Below the pieces are notes generated by a model. It searched no databases, was not told the origin of the DNA, and saw nothing but the letters and a program-made list of their open reading frames with translations. A DNA stretch of 64,000 nt, from positions 6,448,001 to 6,512,000 of the forward strand of contig CM075991.1 of assembly GCA_038087875.1 (NCBI GenBank). Reading direction: 5' to 3'. Within the stretch, counting starts at the first letter, position 1, and the number at the start of each line of letters is the position of its first letter. The DNA comes from Malacoraja senta. Its lineage: Eukaryota. The translations under genes were made by a program, and so were the position numbers. Of this stretch, positions 1 to 13,588 are shown in pieces.

Positions 1-242
1 AATTTGTCTAGCTTCCTACCTTTAGGACACTCCTTAAGAATATATCACTGTTGACCAAGCATTTTTGTCATCAGTTAATATCTCCTGGCTTGTTACAGTA
101 TTACATTATATCTGGGAACATTCCTCTGAAGTTCCTCAGGATGTTCTTGCTTTAGTAAAGGTGCTATTTCAATGGGAGTTATTGCTAAACTACACTCAAT
201 AATGGGAAGCATCATTTCAACACATGGCATGGTGGAGCAACA

Positions 243-612
243 TTTAATGTAGACACAAGGAACTGTAGATGCTGGAATCTTGAGCAAAAGACAAAGTGCT
301 GGAGTAGCTCAGTTGGTTAGCATCTGTGGTGGACATGGATAGGTGGCATTTTGGGGCGGTATCATTTTTCAGACTGAATCTAGTGGTGGGGGGGCTGGGG
401 GAGCTGGAAAGGTGATGTGGGCGTTACAAAGCCTGGCAAGTGATAGGTGGATATGGGTGAGGGAGGTTTGATAGGCAGGGGGGTGGAGCAGGTGACAAAG
501 GTGAGAGATGAAAATTCTGAAGAGTGGGTCCCAACCAAAAATATTGTCCATCCATATCCCCCAACAGATGCTGCCGGACCCACTGAGTTACTCCAGCACT
601 TTGTATTTTGCC
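243..612. mobile_element. Penelope-like terminal repeat with inverted partial copy
   Basis: gtagacacaaggaactgtagatgctgg ... ctgagttactccagcactttg; same family as 55599-55920. Confidence 0.7.
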
Positions 613-2765
613 ACTTAATGTGGATGGTCCTGGACTTTCCAAAAACCTTTTCATGAAGCCAACATTTCTTTAGAATTCCCTTCTGAAAAACCCTTTTCTT
701 CTCTCCCTCACTCAGACCTTTCTAAAGACTCAGGTTTGAGCAGGCTTTCATTTCACTTTCAATTATCACGAACATTCCCAGTTGCAAGAAGGTTGGGGTT
801 ACGTTTTCAGTGTTAAAGGGGCTGCCTAGGTACAAGGTGTTGGTATTGTGATTTCCCCTGTAAGTAGCTACTCCTTCAATGCAAGCATTACTCCTCGAGT
901 TCGCCCCGCGTTAAGTTGCTTCGGTTTGTCATATATCTGACATAGACCCTTTTACATGCGGGTGCAAACGCTGTTTGTGCATGAAATGAGGGAGCAAGGG
1001 AGAAACTCACGGGAGGCTTTACAGCTTGGCATGAGTGTGGAACTTCAATAGCATAACGTCGTTATTTAAAGCAAGGAAACAAATGGAAAAAATTATACCA
1101 CTGGGAATGTTACTGAGAGGTTTAACAGTGTGTGATGTTTAAGTATGTAACAGTTTATGCCTTCTACCACAAGAGCACTGGTTTAGCATTACCAATGGTA
1201 CCAATACCAATAGCTACCAATAGTACCAATGGTCACCATTTTCTTGCAAGTATTGATTCGTTACCTGTGACGTGCTCTGAGATGCTTCTGATGGACACAA
1301 TAAGGTTGAGTTTGAAAAGAACAAAAGACTTGCATTTGTATAGTGCACTTACAGTCACTGTTTGTGATGTGCATTCACTAGTAGCACAAAGGCAATGGAG
1401 CAAGCAATTGCAATATTGCTCCACAACACAGGATCATAATAGCATTGTAGCAAGCATCCATTAGCATTTACAAGGGTCAATTAGTCTAAAGTGCAGGAAA
1501 TTTTGTGAAACTGCATTCCACTTCGGAAAATAATGCATTTCTCTGAACTATTGCTTAACTAAAAGTTATACCAAAATGTTTTAAAAATGCAATGTATCCA
1601 ATGCCTGCACTGTATCAACTTGATGCTGAAGCGATATTACTGCTCTCGTACCTGTAGTGCCGCAGTTTGTTAAAGTACAAGTGGAGGGAGAGGCGGAAGG
1701 AGGGGGAAGGGGAGTTAAGTCATTATCAGCTACGAGCATAGGTTGGACTCTTGAGAACGATTAAGAGGTTCATTAAAAGAGGCTTTCAAGTTGATGAAGG
1801 ATTTGAGAGAGGAAATGGAGAAGGATTGTTTCTATTGATGAATGAGTCAATAGCCAGTTGCCATAAACTTATCAATGACCAGTAGAGTGGTGATGAAATG
1901 CTTTTCCCCTATTGCCAGGATATGCAATGTCCTACCTGAAAACGTGGTGAAAGTTGACACCATGGATAATTTTCGGAAGGAAGGAAAGAAATAGGAGAGA
2001 AACTTACAGAGTAAGAGTGATGAAATAATGTATGAGATTAAGGATAATTTATCTTCGAAAGAGCCAGCACAATCACAATGAGCACTCGGTCTCACAGTGA
2101 GATACAGGGTTCGATGGTTGTCTCCATCTTTGACCATTCTTGTTTTTTGGAAGTTGTTGTCACTGAGAATGATCAGTTTTTCAAAGTTATTGCTAATATA
2201 TGGTGGTCTGATGCTGTTTTGGTCTTCGGATTGCAGTCCTTTAGGTACAGAGACAGTTGTCCAGTACTTCCAGACATATAGGGGGACAAGTTTATCTCTG
2301 ATCACCATTACTAAATGTTTGTGGGATTTAAAATGCCATCAGTATTCACCTCCCAAATCTTCAGTTCCATTGACTTCAATCAGAAGTGCTTTTCCAACTC
2401 TCAAGGATGATCGGCCAAACAATTAAATGGAGATTATATTGAATAACATTCTAATTCCAGGTCACTTACAGGCCACATTACCTATTAAAGCCTCAAGTAT
2501 TCTGGTGGATATATATGCCACATAGCATGTAATCTAGTTAACTGCACACACGTATGATTGAAAGTTAAACTGACCTTTTGAAATCTATTAGAATTTATCC
2601 CTAGACTTGTGATGTGTTTTAATTTATTAAATGACTGACTCCTCAGTCTACTTATTCTTTGACTATTGATGGACACAAAATGCTGGAGTAACTCAGCAGG
2701 TCAGGCAGCATCTCTGGAAAAATGATTGAATGAACTCCACAGATGCTGTCTGTCCCACTGAGTTA

Positions 2766-3554
2766 AGGGGCTGTCCCACTGCAACGACCTAATCTGCGAG
2801 TTTAGACGAGTTTGCCCTTGACTCAAACTCGCAGCATGGTCGACACGTGGTCCTAGGAGGTCCTATCAGGTCACTGGAACTCTCCTTCATGCCCGAATAC
2901 TCGCGGCCTCAGCTAGGTCGCGGAAAATCTTTCAGCATGTTGAAAATTTTTCCGCGAGTAAAATTTGGTCGGCATGGTTCTTTTTGACTCCTAGTGCAGT
3001 GGAGTGGGGTCGCTATGTAGTTACAGGCAGTCGAGGGCAGCCGTAGGCAATCTCCTTCACTGACCGGGCATTTTGATTGGCTCATTGGAGTTTTCAGGAC
3101 CAGGGAAAACCAACCGGTAGGTTAAATGTCCGCTAAACTTTATTATACGTTGTCTGACTTCTTAAAAGTGTCTACACTCCTTCACCCCACCCTTCTCCCC
3201 CCCCTTCTCCCCCTCCCTTCCCCCCTTCTCCCCTCCTTCTCCCCCCTCCTCTTCCCCTTCTCTCCCCTTCTCTCACCTCCCCCCCTCTCCGTGCTCTCTA
3301 AAGGACTTACCTTACACTGTGCAGCCATCTTTAACCTTCCTCTTCACGCGGGTGTGAATTTCAAACAGCGCTCCCCCGCTTTCCCGGGCCCCCGCCTTTG
3401 CGATTTATTTGTGTGTGCAGTCGGTCGATCCAGCTCGCGGTTTCAACGCGGACGGTCGATCCAGCTCGAGGTTTTCCAGGCGTGCCCTCGAGCTTGAATT
3501 TCGAAGACACTCTTCTTAACTCGTGGATTAGGTCGCCGCAGTGGGACAGCCCTT
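2766..3554. mobile_element. Harbinger/PIF-type MITE, long subfamily (~790 bp)
   Basis: TIR aggggctgtcccactgc..gacctaatc / gattaggtcgccgcagtgggacagccctt; TWA flanks; splits a Penelope repeat at gag-tta-ctc. Confidence 0.75.
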
Positions 3555-4540
3555 TAACTCCAGCACTTTGTGTTATAAACCAGCATCTGTAATTCCTTCC
3601 TACATATTTGACGATTGTTGTGCACCCATTTCTGCACAGCAAGTTCACAATACTTTTCCCTTCACGGGAGAGCTGCTTCTTTCTATCTCCAAGGAGCCAC
3701 ACTAGAAGCTTACTATATCCATTATGGTGTCTTTACCGTTACTGGGAGATTATACACTGATTGCTCACATCATTCTCTACTAATTATGTTATATTGCAAA
3801 TATTGCACTGACAACATCAATATTGACTAAATGTTCAACATCATTGATTGCCAGTATGAAGAGTCTAGACTACGTTTAAATACCAGTTTTTGTTATTACA
3901 ACCCCTGAGATTGTCCACAGTAGCAATAGGCAATTAATATTATTGTGTAGCTTCCTGCCTGGCAGGGTGCCTTCAAAATTATGATTGTTACCTCGTGGCT
4001 TTGGATCAAACACTTCTTAATAAACGGACAGATTTATCATTGCTCACTACATTTGTTGTTCATTAAGCCATATTGCTGTCCAGCTTGTTCTTATTTATGA
4101 TACAGCAGACCAATGCTTTTATATTATTGTCCAACTCGTGGAGTTCTATTAACTACTCCTGCCCATTGTCCTTAAGTAGTCTAGCATTAGATGTGAAGAA
4201 GGGTCTCGACCCGAAACATCGCCTATTCCTTCGCTCCATAGATGCTGCCTCACCCGCTGAGTTTCTCCAGCATTTTTGTCTATCTTCGATTTTTCCAGCA
4301 TCTGCAGTTCCTTCTTAAACATTAGATACGGGATTTATATGTTTAGAGTTACATACAGCATGGAAACAGACCCTTCGGCCCAGCGAGTCTGCGCCGACCA
4401 TCGATCACCCGTACACTAGTTCGATGTTAGACCAGAGAGTGCAGGGCAGTCAGATGGAGACAAGGTGGGGGGGTCATAGCCTAAGTTCTAATATTTACTT
4501 TGATGTAGGTGAAGATTCATTATCACCTTTTTATTATTAA

Positions 4541-4778
4541 AGGGCCAGTCCCACTTTCACGACCTAATTCACGACCTTTTTTACTCGTGGACATTTTTCA
4601 TCATGCTAGAAAAAACGCACCGACCTGCTTGATGCCACGAGTACCTACGACTAGCATCACGGCCTGCTATGACCTACCTACGACCTCCTACGACCTTGTG
4701 ACAACCATGCTGCGAGTATGAGTCAAGGGCAAACTCAGCAGAGGTCGTGAATTAGGTTGTGAAAGTGGGACAGGCCCT
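4541..4778. mobile_element. Harbinger/PIF-type MITE, subfamily A
   Basis: ~36-bp TIR agggcc(a/t)gtcccactttcacgacctaattcacgacc; TAA duplicated on both sides. Confidence 0.8.
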
Positions 4779-4825
4779 TAAGTATTTTCAATAAAGAAAA
4801 TGGGTCATTCAGCCCAACAGTTCTA

Positions 4826-5094
4826 GGTTTAGAGATATAGTGTAGCAGAAGGCCCTTTGGACCATCAAACACTAGTTCTATGTACCACACACTAGGGGAC
4901 ATTTACAGTAGCCAATTAACCTACAAACCTGTACGTCTTTGGAGTGTGGGAGGAAACCAGAGCACCCGGAGGTAACCGGTGCAGTCACAGGGTGAAAGTA
5001 CAAACTCCATACAGTCAGCGGCCATGGTTAGGATCGAACCCGGGTCTCTGACGCTGTAAGGCAGCAACTCTATCGCTGTGCCACCGTACTGCCC
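4826..5094 (-). mobile_element. HE1-like tRNA-derived (V-)SINE
   Basis: A/B-box head, ggtttcctcccacactccaaagacg core, gggcc..ctgtatctctaaac tail. Confidence 0.85.
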
Positions 5095-5890
5095 TGAATC
5101 TCTTTAAGAATCTCACTATTTCAGGGCATCCCAAAACACTTGAGAACAACAAATAAATTCAGAATTTAGCCATTGCTGTAAAGTAGGAAACATAGCAGCC
5201 AATTCAAATAGTGCCACAAACGGTAATGCATGTCTGTTACTCAATAAGACTATGGCTGATCTTTTATCACTGTGCTCCTTTCCCGTATTAACCTTTCTCA
5301 ATTCCCTTCATATCCAAACATCTGCCTCTCTCTGGGTTGTTTTAGTCTTAATGACTATGCCTTCCTAACCCTCTTTAGTTTAGTTTAGAGATACAGTGCG
5401 GAAACATGCCCTTCGAACTACCGAGTCCGCGCCGACCAGCGATCCCCGCACATTAACACCAACCTACACACACTAGGGACTATTTACAATTATACCAAGC
5501 CAAGTAACTGACAAACCTGTACGTCTTTGGAGTGCCGGAGGAAACCAGAGCACCTGGAGGTAACCCATCCCTGTGTGGGAGATTCTAAAAGTTGACTGAG
5601 GAAAGATACTTTCTCCATCTTGAATGCCTTTTCTGTTTGAGACTGAATCCTGGTTATAGATGCCCAGCCAAGGGGATATTATTCTCCTTGCAGCTACCCT
5701 GTCAATGCTTCTCAATATTTCTGTTTCAATATGCTTATGTTGTGTGTCATAAGATATTTCATGCCTGCCTAACGTCTTGGCTTAACACCTGAATCAAAGA
5801 GGCAGTGCTTCTGACTATGTATCACTGCTTCAATATGACGATGAGTTTTTGTAATCACAAGTTGGACTTGAATTCACCGCCTTTCTGGTT

Positions 5891-6186
5891 AGGGCGACAC
5901 AGTACCTCAGCGGTAGAGCCTTACAGCACCAGAGACCTGGGTTCGATCCTGACTACGGGTGCTTGCCTGTACAGAGTATCTACATTCTCCCTGGGTTTTC
6001 CCTGAGAGCTTTGGTTTCCTCCCACACTCCAAAGACGTACGGGTTTATAGGCTAATTGGCCTGGTATAAAAATGGAACATTGTCCCAAGAGTGTGTAGGA
6101 TGGTGTTAATGTGTGAATATTGCTGGACGGCACGGACTCAGTGGGCCGAAGGGCCTGTTCTGCGGTGTATCTCTAAACTAAATTAA
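5891..6186 (+). mobile_element. HE1-like SINE
   Basis: B box ggttcgatcc; (ctaaa)n tail. Confidence 0.85.
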
Positions 6187-8621
6187 ACAAGAGTATTTCC
6201 TATCATCTGGGGCTGACTCTTTTGAAAGCTCCCCTGATGTTTCCAGGTCAGAAACCTGTCTGCTCTCTGTTTGAAGGAGATGAATTCTTGTCCCAAAGAG
6301 CCTCCAGAATTGCAGGACCATAAATATCTCAGAGCAGTAATTCAGCCTGTTCCATTTCACAACAGCTCTGCTGTAGCTATCATTTGCAGTGACATCTTCG
6401 AACTCTGCAAGCCAACGGATCGTACAATTGCTGTTAATCTCTCTAACCATGGACTGTGCAATGCTAACATTTCAGACGCATTTGTTTCTTTCCAAAAATA
6501 TCCAACTTGGAAGCCTCAGGATTTCAGCTGGAGTAGATAGGAAAATGCTTGAGATCATCGACTGGCAAGGCAGCATCTGTGGAGAAGAAAAACAGAGTCG
6601 ACATGTCATGTCTTTGGTTAGGGATTGTCCTAATGTCACTTCCTACAAGAACACAATGGTCTGATTAACCCACTGTAGGTTAACAATGTTCTAGGTTGAA
6701 AAGGCAATAATTTTTCTGTGCCAAAGGATAAGATTCTATGAGCCATCTATGTGCCACAATTCTGAGTAATACATTGGGAATGAAGTGTGGCAGTATATTT
6801 CTGAGTATCTCAGCGGGTCAGGCAGCATCTCTGTGGAAAAGGAATAGGTGATGTTTTAGGTTAAGACCGTCATTAGACTATTCCTTTCCTCCAGAGATGC
6901 TGCCTGATCCGCTGAGTTACTCCAGCATTTTGTGTCTACCTTCGGTGTAAACCAGCATCTGCAGTTCCTTATTACACAGTATAGTTCTGAGCATTAGTCA
7001 AATTTGGCCTTGATTCTCTTGACACCAATCATGGAATTAAAATGAATTAAGGCATAATTTCCATGCCTTCAGCACCCAATCGAATCTGATACACTCCCAA
7101 TATAATGTTGAAGTATTTGGCATGGTGGAAAGTTAAATAGAGGCTCAGGTGGACACAAAAGAACCCATGATAACATTAATGCAGCAATTCACCCATCATC
7201 CAACACAATATTTAACCTTAAACTACATCAGGGAAAAGGATTGGTTTATTTCAGTTTAGTTTATTGTCACGTGTACTGAGGTACAGTGAAAAGCTTTTGT
7301 TGCGTGCTAGCCCGTCTGCATGACAAGGGAATAACGTTTAGTGCAAGGTAAAGCCACCAAAGTCCGATCAAGGATGGTCACCAATGAGGTAGATTGTAGT
7401 CCACTTCATTAGTGACCCTCGGACTATCCTTGATTGGACTTTGCTGGCTTTACCTTGCACTAACCCTTATATCCATATAAATGGATACCATACCGTTACC
7501 TTATTGCTCCTTCTGGGGCTTTGTATAGCAATGTTTCTCAGTGATTACTCTAGAAACTTAATTTATTGCCTGTGAAATATCTGGTTACAGCCAGAAATTT
7601 GAGCAATTATTTTCTCTGCACATTTTTGGGAGGTGTACACAGTGAATGTGAAAAGACCAAATTGGTGACCTGATTCTGCGTATTTTAAGTTTAAAAGCTA
7701 CCGAGGCCGAAGTCAGGGTTCAGAGAGATACTGTACATTCCAAAGCTGCATCAAAGAGGGAGCAATGAATCTGGCAAGAAGGCAGAGACTGTGGTTGGGG
7801 CCCTGAGACTCTGATTTCTGGCCTGACTCGCTGGAACTAGATCCCATTTAAAAATTCCACAAACTTTTGGAACTTGATTTATTTTCATTTAAAGTCAAGC
7901 AAGTAGAGAATAAGTGGTTTGCCACATGTGAGTGGGGGGGGGGGGGGGGGGGGACCAGAATAAGAATGGAGACAATTTTTGACCCACATATAATGCTTGG
8001 AAGGTTCAATTACATTGGACTTTCTTCACATAATACTTCACAGTGGTAGAGAATACATTGTGTATTGAATGGCCAAGAATGCATGCGTTCAAGACCAACG
8101 ACAGCAGCATTCTTATTATAAACATTCTGGAAGTGCTCAACAGTGTGGAGAGAGGAAAGTAGGTGGATGTTTGAGCCAGAAATATGATACGATACAATAC
8201 GATATGATAGAACCTTATTTATCCCACGAGGGAAATTGATCTACCAACAGTCACAAAACACAAGATGCATGAAACATGAAATTAAAGTGACGTGTGGAAA
8301 GGATTGGGGATGTGCAAAGAAAGATTTGGGGAGGTGGGGGGGGGGGGTGGGGGGGGGGTGGGGGGGGGGGAGAGGAGCGGGGAAGGAATGGGAGTCAGTC
8401 GACCCAATGACAGAAGGGGGAGGAGTTGTACAGTTGGAAGAACTGATATTTTAGCAAGGAAAAGGAAGGAAGGAGTTCAGAAGAAAAGAGCTGGTCGACA
8501 ATTGGGTAAAAGTCACAAGCGATTAAATAATAAAATGAATGATGGTGCAGTGGAAAAGGAGGTTTTAGTGGAAGGAGAAAGGAACTAGAAATGTATGTAA
8601 CAAGCTGAAATTTAAAACCGA

Positions 8622-9080
8622 TCGCTTGGGTAGCTTACAACCCAACCAAATGAACATTGAATACTGCAATTTTAAGTTACCTCTAACAACAAAACCCCTT
8701 CCTCTCATGCCCCAAATAGATTTGCATCTATTCCCCCCTCTCCCACCTCCTACATTCCCTCCTCTGGCTTCACAATCTACACCTCTTCTATCCTTTTGTC
8801 TCTAACTTTCTATTTTTTAAAATCTCTGGCCTTTGTCCAGCCATCTACCTATCAAACCCTCTTGGCCTATGTTTGCCTATTGTCTATCTGCCATGCTTTG
8901 CCCTGCATCTCCTCTCTTCTAGCTTTCTCCCCCCCCCCTCCCACCCCCTACATTTAATCTGAAGAAGGGTCATGATCTGAAATGTCACCATGTTCTCCAG
9001 GCATGTTGTCTGACCTGCTTGAATTACTCCACCACTTTGTGTCTTCTTTCATAAACCAGCATCTGCAGTTCCTTGTTTCC
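8622..9080 (+). mobile_element. Penelope-like element 3' fragment, older
   Basis: RLGSLQPNQMNIEYCNFK remnant, pyrimidine-rich UTR, degenerate ctgaagaagggtc..gaaatgtc, and the ataaaccagcatctgcagttcc end. Confidence 0.75.
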
Positions 9081-9895
9081 ACTGTTGAATTCAACGTTGT
9101 GTCTGGAAAGCTATATGGTGGCAACCTGAGGGATGTGCTGGTATTTGAGAACAGTTTAGAGGGAGAGAGTTTGGGTTTAGTTTATTGCCGCATGTACCGA
9201 GCGAGGTACAGTGAAAAGCTTTTGTTGCGTGCTAACCAGTCAGTGGAAATACAAAACATGATTACAATCGAGCCATTCCAGTGTACAGACACACGATAAA
9301 GGGAAAAACGTGAATAACATTTAGTGCCAGATAAAGCAAGTGGGAAGGGAGAAAGAGAAAGAGAGAAAAGATTTTTCATCTAATCTGAATGTTGCCTTGA
9401 AGGCAGCTTGAGTGGATTATTGCTCCACTGTCTTTTGGGCTTCTGTTATTAGTTTGTAGTTCCCACCTTCCCACTACCAAGCTGCTACTGAGCCCGGAGA
9501 TTGGGAGATTGGTAGGACGCAGATTATGGGGTAAGAACGGAGAATCCCACAAGGTTTCCAAGTTCGGTGGGCTTGCAGGAAGAGCGCTCACATGGAGTCC
9601 ATTTCTTCATTCACGTTTTCAAAGAGAATGCACTTTGTGGTTCCTTATTTCTCCGAACTTTAGCTGGCCACAATCCACATCAGATGGTTGGAATCCACAA
9701 GAGAGAGCGCATCTGTGCCTTCAAAAAGTATCTCAGATCATTTTTGCCAATGGCCATGTGGAACAGGGTGGGAGGAGATTCAGAAAGTGTGTGTCTGGGC
9801 TAGACATGCAAAGGAATGCACTCCAACTCCATTTATGATTCAACCTCAGCCCTTCGTAGATATTCAAAGCTTTTCCTGCATTTGGATTTTGACCT

Positions 9896-10188
9896 TTAGC
9901 ATGGAAGCAGGCCCTTCGGGCCAACCTAGTTCGCACTGACTAGTGATCACCTGTAACACTAGCAATACCCCACACACTAGGGACAATTTACAATTTGTCC
10001 AAAGCCAATTAACCTTTAAACCTGCACGTCTTTGTAGTGTGGGAGGAAACCAGAGCACCCAGAGAAAACCCACGCAGTCACAGGGAAAATGTGCAAACTC
10101 CGTAAAGACAGCACCGGTCGTCGGGATCGAACCCGGGTCTCTGGCGCTGTAAGGCAGCAACTGTATCGCTGCGCCACCTTGCCGCCCC
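9896..10188 (-). mobile_element. HE1-like SINE
   Basis: Full-length match to the other copies. Confidence 0.85.
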
Positions 10189-10327
10189 TGGATTTGTTTC
10201 CATCAGCACCAAACAACCCTGGTGAGATCTGTGGACTTCCCAGGTCACACATTTCTTAATTTGTCGTTTCTTCATCTTATCGAGTCCACACACAAGATTA
10301 GAAGTTGCTCAGCCAGAGATGAACACA

Positions 10328-10438
10328 CTTCTCGGCATCTGCATGCAATGGTGTCTGTCTTGTCGCTTCTTGTGCTTCTTGTGTTGGAAAGATTGTGTTG
10401 TGTTGGAAAGGTTGGTGGAAACAGGGCCGCGACGTGAA
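10328..10438 (-). mobile_element. 5'-truncated short element of a different family carrying the 3' half of an HDV/CPEB3-like ribozyme
   Basis: Minus strand UUCACGU CGC GGCCCU GU UUCCA CCAA CCUUUCC, then a purine-rich body ending GCCGAGAAG. The 5' strands of P1, P2 and P3 are absent. Confidence 0.55.
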
Positions 10439-11040
10439 TTGTCGCAACTGAAGGAAAATTGAGCTGATAACTCACCATTCACTCTTTCTCACCCCATATC
10501 ATTTTCGTATAAATAATAAGCCAGCAGAGGATTTCTAGGTGGTGATGTAACAAATTACCCCTGTGCTGAGAAAGAGGATGTGGGCTTGTGCTGTGATTCA
10601 TTCGCATTTCCTGCCCCTGGCTGGGTTGCGGGATGATAAATGCATATTGAATTGAGTTGTTCCTCAAAGGAAAAGGGAGTTAATCAGAGAGGAAATCAAG
10701 CAGACCCATTCACCCACATTTCTTTGAAGATCATTTTTTGTCCAGAACTTCTAACTCTCTTCATTACCTTCAGGATTTTTTTGTTTGCGTGTGTCTTATT
10801 GGGTCATCAGTCACTTAAAAAATAAAGAATGAGATTAACATGATGAAAGCAAGAACACTAGATGGTCATCTGTGAAAATATCAAAGTAAGAAGCCCAAGT
10901 AGATAGTCCATCTGGAATTTTGAATGGCCTACTTACTTTATCATGGTCCCCCTTGTTGTTTGTCTGAGCAAGCTCCTACAACCACATACCGTAATAATGA
11001 CCTATCTGCTTTAGTGATATCAATTGGGGAATAAGTATTG

Positions 11041-11660
11041 GAAACATAGAAACCAGGTGCAGAAGTAGGCCATTCGGCCCTACGATATGATCATGGCTGA
11101 TCATCCAAAATCAGTACCCCGTTCCTGCTTTCTCCCCTTATCCCTTGATTCCGTTGGCCCTAAGAGCTATGTCTAAAGGCCTGCCCCACTTGGCCGTCAT
11201 TTGCGTGTAACTTACACTACATCATTTACGTGTCAAGTTGCACGACGCGCGCGTCGTGACTCGCACGTGATGCGCGCATGGTGCGCGGTGACATAGGCAG
11301 TGACGCGCGGCCGCATGCGGCGTTGCAGGATTTTGTGATGTACAAAATCTTTGCGCGCCATCTGCGTGACGCGCAAAAGACGGCCAAGTGGGACAGGCCC
11401 TTTACTCTCTCTTGAAAACATCCAGTGAATTGTTCTCCACTGCCTTCTGTGGCAGAGAATTCCACAGATTCACAACTCTCGGGATTTTTCCTGCATCTAG
11501 CCTGTCCAAATCCCTTAAGAATCTTATATGTTTCTATAAGATCCCCTCTCTTCCTAAATTCCAGTGAATATAAACCCAGTCGACCCATTCTTCATCATAT
11601 GTCAGTCCCGCCATCCCGAGAATTAACCTGGTGAACCTACGCTGCATTCCCTCAATAGCA
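11041..11660 (-). mobile_element. CR1-clade LINE 3' fragment split by a MITE
   Basis: ORF 11226..11588 begins MGRLGLYSLEFRKRGDLIETYKILKG; gaaacatagaaa tail. Confidence 0.85.
11177..11401. mobile_element. Harbinger/PIF-type MITE, CpG-rich subfamily B
   Basis: TIR aggcctgccccacttggccgtc / gacggccaagtgggacaggccct; interrupts a CR1 remnant. Confidence 0.8.
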
Positions 11661-12925
11661 AGTATTGGCCTGGGATACCTGAGACAGTCCCCGTGCTATG
11701 CTAGAGAAAGGTGTTAAGTGATTACGTGTGTATCTGGAAGAGGATTTAAGAGTCCAGTACAACATCTCAACTTCTCACTGAAGTATCGTCCCAGGTTTTA
11801 TACCATCATAATTCTTAAGTTCGCGTCATAGAGTCATACAAAGTGCAAACAGGCTCTTCAGCCCAACTTGCCCACGCCGACCAACATGCCTCATTGACGT
11901 TAGTCCCACCTGCCCATACTTGCCTTATATCCCTCTAAAGTCCGTGTACCTGTTCAAATGTTGTCCTGAAATCAAAGGCAAGGAATCGACCCTCGGAACT
12001 GGCACCTCAACAAATCTTAGAGAGTATGCAGTTTTAATGTTTGTCATCTCTCTGTCCCATTGTCCTCTGGTTGTTACTTGTTATGCATGAACATTTACCT
12101 CATACATGGGCTCAAATTATTGACGAGACAATGATTGAAGTGTCAGATGATACATGATTTTGAAGTTATTTGGTGTATGGATTTTGCATACATGGCCATG
12201 CAAAACTTGTAAAAGTACCAGATGCAGGCTAGGGACACTTTTAACTGTTGTTAACTTTTTCTATTTTTCTTCCTCCTTCATTTCAAAACGGGCTGGATGC
12301 TGGGGTTCCTTTTTTTGACCTTATCCATCACCTTGTTTGGTCATTTCTTCCACTTGACTCCTTTTTAGGCTGATTGATAATTCCAAGCATCCCTGTAGAA
12401 CAGAAAGCCCCTCTCTCTTGTTTGGCATTTTGATACTCTCAGAAACAGTCTTCCACTGATTTTCGCAACCAAACAACTGTTCTGTCTCGAGCATCCAACA
12501 AGAGGAAAGAGGAAAGATGTCTGGACTTGAATAGTGCAGCTACATTGTCTTTGAACAAGGCCCCCATTAACATGACCATTTGCAGCTGGCTCCATTAAAC
12601 TTCAATAAATCAGATGCAGGCTCATTGCCCCACAATGCCCATATGTTGAGTGAAGAAAGTGTGGATTGTTCTAAATTTGGAAATAATTAATATGGCAGAG
12701 GATTTTGTCTTTTAATTCTTTTCAAGACCATGAAGCGAAATATAGAATTGAAGTTGGTTAAAATCCAACCAAAGACTGGAGCCTTATATTTATTTTTCAC
12801 TTGATTTATTAATGTTCATTAAAGATCAAAAAGAAGGCACAATCTTTACAAGATCATTTACTTTCCAATAGAAATTTGTTCGCTGCAGCTTCATCGGACA
12901 GATACAGAGATGGGCAGAAGTTAAT

Positions 12926-13217
12926 ACGGTGGCGCAGCGCCAGAGACGTGTGTTCGATCCTGACTCTGGGTGCTGTCTGTACGGAGCTTGTACATTCTCC
13001 CCGTGACCTGCGTGGGTTTTCTTTGGGATCTCCGATTTCCTCCCATATTCCATAGACGTACAGGTTTGTAGGTTAATTGGCTTGGTATAATTGTAAATTT
13101 TCCCTAGAGTGTGTCTAGGTTAACGTTATTGTGCGGGGATTGCTGGTTGGCCCGGTCTCGGTGAGCCGAAGGGCCGGTTTCCATGCTGTATCTCTAAACT
13201 AAGCTAAACTAAACTAA
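12926..13217 (+). mobile_element. HE1-like SINE
   Basis: cggtggcgcagcg head, (ctaaa)n tail. Confidence 0.85.
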
Positions 13218-13588
13218 GGTGGACAAAAATGCTGTAGAAACTCAGTGGGTGAGGCAACATCTATGGAGCAAAGGAAATAGGCAATGTTTCGGGCCGGAAC
13301 TCTTCTTCAGACCCATAGATGCTGCCTCACCCGCTGAGTTCCTCCAGCATTTTTTGTTTACCTTCAATTTCCCAGCATCTGCAGTTCCTTCTTAAACATT
13401 TTGTCTACTCCGCTGCAAAATCTCCTCAAGGTATGCCTACTTTGAAGAAGTTCTCCTCCTCCCTCCGAAGAGTCTGAAGAAGGGTTTCGGCCCGAAACGT
13501 TGCCTATTTCTTTCGCTCCATAGATGCTGCCTCACCCGCTGAGTTTCTCCAGCATTTTTGTCTACCTTCGCAGTTCTTTCTTAAACAT
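13217..13588. mobile_element. Penelope-like terminal repeats (one inverted, two direct), inserted in an HE1 tail
   Basis: Repeated catagatgctgcctcacccgctgagt units; intact sense-strand hammerhead core at 13474-13501. Confidence 0.8.
13474..13501 (+). ncRNA. Minimal type I hammerhead ribozyme core (Penelope-associated)
   Basis: CUGAAGA A GGG-UUUCGG-CCC GAAA CG UU. Confidence 0.65.

Noticed and set aside
8326..8382. G-quadruplex-like G runs (also 7934-7953)
   Set aside because: Simple low-complexity tracts, one inside a LINE-like 3' UTR; homopolymer lengths are unreliable and nothing indicates function.
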